NCBI GenBank assembly: GCA_027022365.1
Contig: JALVYU010000026.1
Span: forward strand, 448,001-512,000
Length of the DNA: 64,000 nucleotides
Origin: Desulfurococcales archaeon
GTDB taxonomy: Archaea; Thermoproteota; Thermoprotei_A; Sulfolobales; Desulfurococcaceae
Direction of reading: 5' to 3'
Shown here: positions 57,058 through 64,000 of the stretch, one piece after another
Layout: each line of letters starts with the position of its first letter
Numbering within the stretch: position 1 is the first letter of the stretch
The notes under the pieces: model-generated
The model's database searches: none
What the model saw: the letters and a program-made list of their open reading frames with translations, nothing else
What the model was told of the DNA's origin: nothing
Program-made: the position numbers and the translations under genes

Positions 57058-59708
57058 ATTCTCCACCCTATGATTTTTTCAATCACTCTTTCTATCTTCA
57101 CGGATTCACCATGGTCGCTCTTCATGGGATCTACTCCATCCTCGCCGTATCTAAACTGTACTATCTCGCCTGTGGGCAGTCTCACGGTACCATCATATTC
57201 TACACGTAGATCCTGGAGAGCGTTTATGAGTCTTCTCTGCATGTATCCGCTCTGGCTTGTTCTTACGGCTGTGTCGGTTAGTCCTTCTCTACCCGCTGCC
57301 GCATGGAAGAACATTTCTATGGGGTTTAAGCCATCAACAAATCCATGGGCGACAAACCCTCTTGCTTCTGGGCCCAGATCTCCGGGTTTAAAGTGTGGCA
57401 ATGTCCTATTAAAGTATCCACGGACTATTCTTCTTCCTCGGATTGTCTGTTGTCCAAGCAGTGCCGCCATCTGTGTGAGGTTTACCGGATTTCCTCTCGC
57501 ACCTGTTCTAGCCATTATTATCACTGGGTTTGTTAGTGTGAAGTACGGCGTTATAGCGTCGGCAACATCGTCTAGAAGCTTCTTTGATAGGAGATCAATT
57601 ATCTCGTCCTCCAACGTCTCCTCAAGTGTTCTACCTGGTCTTGGTTCGAGCTCTCCTTTTCTATACTTATCAATAAGCTCATATACTTCTTTCTTCTTCT
57701 CCTCAATGATCCTTCTGATATGCTCCTTTGCTTCTGGCGGTAGTAATAGGTTGGTATAGCCCATTGTGAAGCCATGTTTCTCTGAGTATCTTAGGAACAT
57801 CCTATAGACGTAGTCCATGAATAATCGTGCCATGTCTTCGCCGTATTCCTTAACTAGCCAGTGAATAAAGCTCTCTGGTTCTTCTCTACCTATACTAGCT
57901 TTGTCGAGCACTCCGATGAGGAACTCGCCCTTCTTGATAATTACTAGGCTGTCGTGTGGACAGTCTTCATCAATGCATCTTAGTGCAGAGGCGCTCGCTA
58001 TTTTTGCGGGGCGCTTATAGTTGAAGTCTTTTGGTATGAATAGGCTGATAAGCTGTTTTCCTGTCCAATAGGGGCCCGGCTTGAGTATAGCTGGTTCTGG
58101 GAGTCTTCCACGGTAATTTGCTACGCCTAGGAGGTCTATGACGTCTTCTCTGGTTAGTAGTGTGGATTTGTTTGTTAGAAGGAATGCTCCACTGATATAG
58201 TCTTGTAGTCCTCCTATGATGGGTCCTCCATAACGTGGTGTTAGTATGTGTTTCTCGACAAGCATTAATAGTCTGGCTTCAGCTCTTGCTTCTTCGCTCT
58301 GTGGTACGTGGAGGTTCATCTCGTCTCCATCGAAGTCCGCGTTATATGGTGGACATACTAGTAGGTTTAATCGGAACGTCTTATATGGCAATATTCTCGC
58401 TACATGTGCCATTATTGAGATTCTGTGGAGTGACGGCTGTCTGTTGAATAGAACTATATCTCCGTCCTTGAGATGTCTCTCCACTATAAATCCAGGCGCC
58501 AAACTTTCTGCTAACGCCTTACGGTCAACGTACTTAAGGTTTATCTTACGCCCATCGGGCTTAATCACATAGTTTGCTCCTGGCCATTTCTCAGGTCCAT
58601 TAAGCACATATCGTCTGAGCTCATCTATGTTCCATGGGGTGACACGTTCTGGCACTGTTAGGATCTTGGCTATGTCTATCGGTACTCCTACCTCGTTTAT
58701 GCTGAGGTTAGGATCAGGGCTGATTACTGTTCTGGCAGAGAAGTCGACACGTTTTCCGCTGAGGTTTCCACGGAATCTCCCTTCTTTTCCTTTGAGTCTT
58801 TGGGCGATGCCCTTTAGAATCTTGCCGCTCCTGTGCTTTGCGGGGCTGATTCCTGGTACCTCATTGTCGAAATATGTTGTTACGTGGTATTGTAGTAGCT
58901 CCCATTCCTCCTCTATTATAGCGTTAGGAGCTCCCGTCTCGATGTGTTCTCTTAATCTGTTATTGATCCTGATTATGTCTACAAGTTTATGGGTTAGGTC
59001 GTCCTCGCTCCTAATACCTGTTTCTAGAAGAATAGACGGTCTGACAGCCCGTGGTGGTACTGGTAGAACGGTCAACACCATCCATTCTGGCCGTGCGTCG
59101 ACGGGATCTCCTCCTAGTAGTCTAACATCATCATCCGGTATCTTTTCGAGCCTAGCCCTAATTTCTATCGGGCTCAGCTTAGTCTGTCCTTCCTCGCCCC
59201 TGTCTTCATAGAATGTATGTGGTTTCTCGAGCCTTATCTTGTACTGCTTAGCACCGCAATGAGGACATTTCTGTGCGGCTGCAGCTTTTCTCCTTATGTA
59301 CTCGAACAATCTTTTCTCGAGATACCTTATGCCTAGTTCCTCGAGATTCTTTAATAGTTCGAGATATTTCTGTCTCTCTGTTTCGCTGATCTTTATTCTG
59401 CCGCAGGCTCTACATGTTGTCTTGAGGTACATGTGTATGTGTTTGACGAAGCTAACATGTATGACGGGACGTGCCAGCTCGATTCGGCCGAAGTGTCCTG
59501 GACAGAAGTCTCTCGTGTTTCCACAAACGGGACAAATTTCGCGGGGCTCTATAGGGCCGAGCCGCCTATCCATTACGCCGCCATCGATCGGCGCCCCATC
59601 ATTGTCGTAGACTTCACTGGTCATAATTGTTGTGACACTCATCTTACGTATTTCGTCAGGTGAAAGTATTCCGAACTTAATGGAGCCTATTTTCGTGGTG
59701 ATGGGCAT
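57054..59708 (-). CDS. rpoA1: RNA polymerase subunit A' (Rpo1N)
   Basis: [10 protein letters not shown] catalytic motif, [17 protein letters not shown]. Confidence 0.98.
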   Translation of the reverse strand: MPITTKIGSIKFGILSPDEIRKMSVTTIMTSEVYDNDGAPIDGGVMDRRLGPIEPREICPVCGNTRDFCPGHFGRIELARPVIHVSFVKHIHMYLKTTCRACGRIKISETERQKYLELLKNLEELGIRYLEKRLFEYIRRKAAAAQKCPHCGAKQYKIRLEKPHTFYEDRGEEGQTKLSPIEIRARLEKIPDDDVRLLGGDPVDARPEWMVLTVLPVPPRAVRPSILLETGIRSEDDLTHKLVDIIRINNRLREHIETGAPNAIIEEEWELLQYHVTTYFDNEVPGISPAKHRSGKILKGIAQRLKGKEGRFRGNLSGKRVDFSARTVISPDPNLSINEVGVPIDIAKILTVPERVTPWNIDELRRYVLNGPEKWPGANYVIKPDGRKINLKYVDRKALAESLAPGFIVERHLKDGDIVLFNRQPSLHRISIMAHVARILPYKTFRLNLLVCPPYNADFDGDEMNLHVPQSEEARAEARLLMLVEKHILTPRYGGPIIGGLQDYISGAFLLTNKSTLLTREDVIDLLGVANYRGRLPEPAILKPGPYWTGKQLISLFIPKDFNYKRPAKIASASALRCIDEDCPHDSLVIIKKGEFLIGVLDKASIGREEPESFIHWLVKEYGEDMARLFMDYVYRMFLRYSEKHGFTMGYTNLLLPPEAKEHIRRIIEEKKKEVYELIDKYRKGELEPRPGRTLEETLEDEIIDLLSKKLLDDVADAITPYFTLTNPVIIMARTGARGNPVNLTQMAALLGQQTIRGRRIVRGYFNRTLPHFKPGDLGPEARGFVAHGFVDGLNPIEMFFHAAAGREGLTDTAVRTSQSGYMQRRLINALQDLRVEYDGTVRLPTGEIVQFRYGEDGVDPMKSDHGESVKIERVIEKIIGWRI

Positions 59709-59719
59709 AAGGTGTCACC

Positions 59720-62700
59720 TCATTCTTCGCGTGCAATGTCTTTAATTCTAAGTCTGGGCATTATGCATAGACTCATGAGTTCCTGAAGTAGAAGCTTGAA
59801 CGCGTAGGATACTTCTACTGGCTTGAGTTTTCCTTTATCCTTGTGTATTGGGCACATGTATTTGCCACGTACACGGTCATACCATCCAATATGTCCACAT
59901 AGTTCACATACATATATTATCGTCCTATCACTCTTGTCCAGCATCTGTTCCTTGAGCAGTAGGCTTGCACCATGGCCTACTAGACAGTCTCTCTCCATCT
60001 CGCCAAAACGTAGTCCTCCCTCCTTCGCTCTACCCTCGGTAGGCTGTCTGGTGAGGATCTGGACCGGCCCGCGGGCTCTTGCATGTATCTTGTCTGCGAC
60101 CATGTGGTGTAGTTTCTGATAGTAGACTATCCCTATGAATATCGGCGAGTGTAGGATCTCGCCTGTTCTGCCATCATACATTGCCTCCATGCCTGTCTCG
60201 GGATATCCGTATCTCTTCAGGGTTATCTGTAGGTTTTCGATGGATTCTTTATAGAATGGTGTTGCATCTATGAAGCGTCCCTCGAGTGCTGCAGCCTTGC
60301 CTGCGATGCTTTCGATTAACTGGCCTACAGTCATACGGCTCGGGAATGCGTGTGGGTTTATGATTAGGTCTGGGACTATGCCATCCTCTGTGAACGGCAT
60401 GTTTTCGTGAGGCACGATCAGCCCTATAACTCCTTTCTGTCCATGTCTTGATGCGAACTTGTCTCCGAGCTCCGGTATTCTCAGATCCCTAACTCTGACC
60501 TTGACCAGCTTGTTGCCTTCTCCATCTGTGGTTATCATTACTACATCTACTACGCCTTTCTCGCCGTGCCTAGTCACTATGCTTGCGTCTTGTCTCGTTA
60601 TACCCGCTCCCACAGTATATTCTTGCGCGGTGAAGAATCTCGGCGGGCTTATCTTACCTATTAGTACGTCTCCGCCTTTCACAGGTGTTTCGGGTGTGAC
60701 GATACCGTCTTCGTCGAGCTTCTCGTATGCTTTGGGCCCTCTATAGCCTCTTACGTTGCTTGAAGGAATAGTTATTCGATCTTCTTGTCCTCCTGGATAC
60801 TTGTACTCTATGGTTGAATATAGTCTGAAGAACGTGCTTCTCGCCAGGCCTCTATCGATGGAGCCTTTATTCATAATGAGCGCGTCTTCGATGTTATAGC
60901 CGGTGAAGCTCATAACCGCTACTACCATGTTCTGCCCAGCCGGTCTCTCGTTGTACCCTATGATCTCCATTGCTCTTGTCTGTACAAGGGGTTTCTGCGG
61001 GTAGTGGAGGAAGTGCCCTCTAGTATCCATTCTTCTCTGGAAGTTAGCCGCGTATAAGCCGAGGCTCTGCTTAGCCATAGCTGCCTCATAGGTGTTTCTT
61101 GGGCTCTGGTTGTGTTCTGGATAGGGTATTATTGATGCGGTGATGCCCAGTATTGCTGGTGTCCATATCTCCATATGGGTATGTTCAGGAGTAAGATCCT
61201 CCGGGTCTAGGGCTATGTATGCGTTTTCTTCTTCATCAGCGTCCAGATACTCTACTATGCCGTTTCTGACAAGGTCTTCAAAGCTCCACTCACGGGTCAT
61301 TATTTTCTTGATGTGATTTGGTTTGAGCTTTGGCCTCCCATTTTCCACTATGAGGAGAGGCCTCCTTATCCTTCCGGCATCCGTGTTCACGAATACTTCA
61401 TTGATATAATCGCTCTTTATATGGGCCACATTGACCTCAGAGCTTATCTTGCCCTGTCTTCTCAGCTTCCTAATCTCGTTAGCGAGCTTAGTGCCGTCTG
61501 GATGGTATCCTATTAGCCTACCGTTTAGATAGACTTTGGACCACGCTAGAAACTCGGGGTATTCATATCCTTCCTGTAATTGTTTCTTTGCTTCTTTGAT
61601 TACTTCCTTGATCGGCTTGACTCCCAGCTTGTAAAGTACCGGCTCTACTTCTTCTTCGGGAACACCAACGCTTACATAAGCCATTAGTGCGAGGTTTTTC
61701 ACAAGACCAATATTTGCTCCTTCCGGTGTCTCGAACGGGCACATGCGGCCCCATTGTGTTGGATGGAGTTCTCTTGCCTCGAAGTGAGGCTGGTTCCTCG
61801 CCAGTGGAGAAACAACTCTTCGTAGGTGGCTAAGGGTGCTCATAAGGTTTGTACGGTCCAGAAGCTGGCTCACACCAGTTTTTCCGCCAGGCCAGTTTCC
61901 TGTGGCCATGGCGTGTAGTACTCTGTCTGTGAGCATACCGGGTTTGATCAGCTGCCTTAGGTCTACCCGTTTGTATTTGCTATAGTTTCTCTCAATGGCA
62001 TTTCTTATCTCTCTCCTGAAGTAGTTGGCCAGATAATGTCGTACTAGCTGAGCCAGTAGGTCACCGGCTAGCTTGAGCCTCTTATTCCTGTAGTGGTCTT
62101 TATCGTCGGGTTTTCTACGTCCAAGAACGAGTTCTAGGAGCTTATTTGCCATCTGGGCAATGAAGTAGGCTTTTTTGAGCCTAGTTTCTGGGAAAGGATC
62201 GGTGCCTATATGTGGAAGTAAGTATTCATCGAGGAATCTCCTAGCTCTTTCAATACGCTCCTGTCTGGGCCTACCGATAGCTATTCGTACACCGATATAG
62301 TCGAGGGCTGCTTCAATGGTTTTTCTGCGGTGTTGTTCTTCGAGCCTCTTCCTTTCCTCGGGTGTAGCGTCCTCTGGTATCTCGAGTTTAGGAAATATTG
62401 TTTGTGCTTGGATAATGCTTGGCATTAAATATGTCTGTATCTCGGGATCTAAACTAACCGCATATGTAATATCTATTTCAGATGAAAGACCAAGTGCAGC
62501 CATGAGTATGACTAGAGGTATTCTTAAACCTTGAATGGACGCATATAGTATTCCGTCCTTTCTCCTCTCAATTATTAGTTGGCTTCTACGCCCTCTAGAC
62601 ACGCTTATTACTTTTGCAAGATGAGTTGCCGAGGAGCTCTCGCTTGCATAGTCGACCAGGACATTATTGCTGGCCAAGTCTTCCTGGGCAATGAGGACTT

Positions 62701-63184
62701 TTTCACTACCATTTATGATAAAGTATCCTCCAGGATCCTTAGGGTCTTCGCCAATTTTGACTAACTCCTCTTTAGACATTTTGCTTAAGGGATCAATATC
62801 GGATTTAAGCATGACCGGGAGATCCATTAATAGTATTTCTTGTTCTTGTTCTTCTCCTCTATCTGTTACAATAGATAATCGTAAATATACTGGTGCTGCG
62901 TAGGTTAAGTTTCTCAATCTGCACTCGAGGGGGGTTACTTCTTTCTCGAAGCCTTCTATTGCCCTGACAACTGGTTTACCGATCCTGTATCCCTTGATCA
63001 CTACTTTAGCTATTCCCGGAACTTCTATTACCTTGAATTCATCGATAATCTCTGGTAGCGTTTTCGATACGAACCTATTGTAGCTGTCCAAGTGCTGGCG
63101 AACTAGTCCTTTTTCCTCGAAGAATTTCTTCATAACTATCCATCGATCATCGGGGGTTGGGAAAACCTTGGTGCTTGCAGCCAC
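59720..63184 (-). CDS. rpoB: RNA polymerase subunit B (Rpo2, unsplit)
   Basis: GGYFIING.E, ETPEG.N.GL, GDKFASRHGQKG, GGLRFGEMERD. Confidence 0.98.
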   Translation of the reverse strand: MAASTKVFPTPDDRWIVMKKFFEEKGLVRQHLDSYNRFVSKTLPEIIDEFKVIEVPGIAKVVIKGYRIGKPVVRAIEGFEKEVTPLECRLRNLTYAAPVYLRLSIVTDRGEEQEQEILLMDLPVMLKSDIDPLSKMSKEELVKIGEDPKDPGGYFIINGSEKVLIAQEDLASNNVLVDYASESSSATHLAKVISVSRGRRSQLIIERRKDGILYASIQGLRIPLVILMAALGLSSEIDITYAVSLDPEIQTYLMPSIIQAQTIFPKLEIPEDATPEERKRLEEQHRRKTIEAALDYIGVRIAIGRPRQERIERARRFLDEYLLPHIGTDPFPETRLKKAYFIAQMANKLLELVLGRRKPDDKDHYRNKRLKLAGDLLAQLVRHYLANYFRREIRNAIERNYSKYKRVDLRQLIKPGMLTDRVLHAMATGNWPGGKTGVSQLLDRTNLMSTLSHLRRVVSPLARNQPHFEARELHPTQWGRMCPFETPEGANIGLVKNLALMAYVSVGVPEEEVEPVLYKLGVKPIKEVIKEAKKQLQEGYEYPEFLAWSKVYLNGRLIGYHPDGTKLANEIRKLRRQGKISSEVNVAHIKSDYINEVFVNTDAGRIRRPLLIVENGRPKLKPNHIKKIMTREWSFEDLVRNGIVEYLDADEEENAYIALDPEDLTPEHTHMEIWTPAILGITASIIPYPEHNQSPRNTYEAAMAKQSLGLYAANFQRRMDTRGHFLHYPQKPLVQTRAMEIIGYNERPAGQNMVVAVMSFTGYNIEDALIMNKGSIDRGLARSTFFRLYSTIEYKYPGGQEDRITIPSSNVRGYRGPKAYEKLDEDGIVTPETPVKGGDVLIGKISPPRFFTAQEYTVGAGITRQDASIVTRHGEKGVVDVVMITTDGEGNKLVKVRVRDLRIPELGDKFASRHGQKGVIGLIVPHENMPFTEDGIVPDLIINPHAFPSRMTVGQLIESIAGKAAALEGRFIDATPFYKESIENLQITLKRYGYPETGMEAMYDGRTGEILHSPIFIGIVYYQKLHHMVADKIHARARGPVQILTRQPTEGRAKEGGLRFGEMERDCLVGHGASLLLKEQMLDKSDRTIIYVCELCGHIGWYDRVRGKYMCPIHKDKGKLKPVEVSYAFKLLLQELMSLCIMPRLRIKDIAREE

Positions 63185-63186
63185 TT

Positions 63187-63459
63187 TTAAGCACCCTTCT
63201 TCTTTGGTTTAACCGTATCGACCGCTACGTATCTGTAAGCAATTGTTTCGCCCGCTGTGGGGCTTTTCCTAATAATTCTGATAATATCCCCTGGCCGAGC
63301 CCCTATGGCTTTGACAACAGGATCATTGATACTGATCCAGGGGAGTTGGTAAGGCTTTATGTTTAATTTTTTCAAAACCTCTAAAGCTTCTTCAGGAGAT
63401 AATATTTCATGTTTGGGGACAAGCTCGTGTTCCAAAATATTAGGTTGTTTCTTTGACAT
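63187..63459 (-). CDS. rpoH: RNA polymerase subunit H (Rpo5)
   Basis: H.LVPKHE.L, LP.I...DP, GD.I.I.RKS.TAG....YR. Confidence 0.97.
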   Translation of the reverse strand: MSKKQPNILEHELVPKHEILSPEEALEVLKKLNIKPYQLPWISINDPVVKAIGARPGDIIRIIRKSPTAGETIAYRYVAVDTVKPKKKGA

Positions 63460-63592
63460 AACTTGATCCCTACCTCGATAACATTATCTACTCCCAAATC
63501 AAGCACGTAGTTCCTAAGGGGGGAGATTATAATACAGGGTCTTAAGCTTATCGTTCGGGAATAATATTATAGTTTAACATATCTGATAAAAA

Positions 63593-63934
<342 letters not shown>

Positions 63935-63952
63935 GTTTTCACCAGGTAAATA

Positions 63953-63981
63953 ATTTCTATTTTAGAAATATTTAAAGTTTC
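63953..63981 (-). promoter_or_regulatory. Promoter (BRE + TTTAAATA) and palindromic operator-like site of the HTH/intN ORF
   Basis: GAAAC-TTTAAATA on the minus strand; ATTTCTA-TTT-TAGAAAT inverted repeat at 63953-63969. Confidence 0.5.
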
Positions 63982-64000
63982 CGAACAACCCCATATCACA

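Overview
Core-genome window from a hyperthermophilic crenarchaeon, most likely Desulfurococcales. The lineage call is an inference from PolB1, L38e/S26e, unsplit RpoB, EF-2 separated from the str cluster, very GC-rich stable RNAs in a roughly 40-45% GC background, and GGTGA/GAGG Shine-Dalgarno motifs. Most of the window is information-processing superoperons on the minus strand: the RNA polymerase/str cluster, the S13-S4-S11-RpoD-L18e-L13-S9-RpoN-S2 cluster, the L7Ae-to-Kae1/Bud32-S15-S3ae cluster and the L15e-RNase P-proteasome-exosome cluster. RNA genes read directly from the sequence are SRP RNA, five tRNAs (three with 37/38 introns) and three box C/D guide sRNAs. The most unusual element is at the right edge: an HTH-like ORF with its own promoter and SD reads in sense straight through the entire tRNA-Ala(GGC) gene and contains that tRNA's promoter. 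This looks like the N-terminal half of a partitioned SSV-type integrase at the border of an integrated element or its relic. Other notable items are a cysteine-free glutaredoxin-like protein (CPYC to HPYH), a probable membrane-anchored Pop5, a reduced SRP Alu domain, single-gene inversions of aIF5B and S28e, and absence of rpoP from its usual slot. No CRISPR array or IS element was seen. All homology calls come from motif recognition, not database searches.
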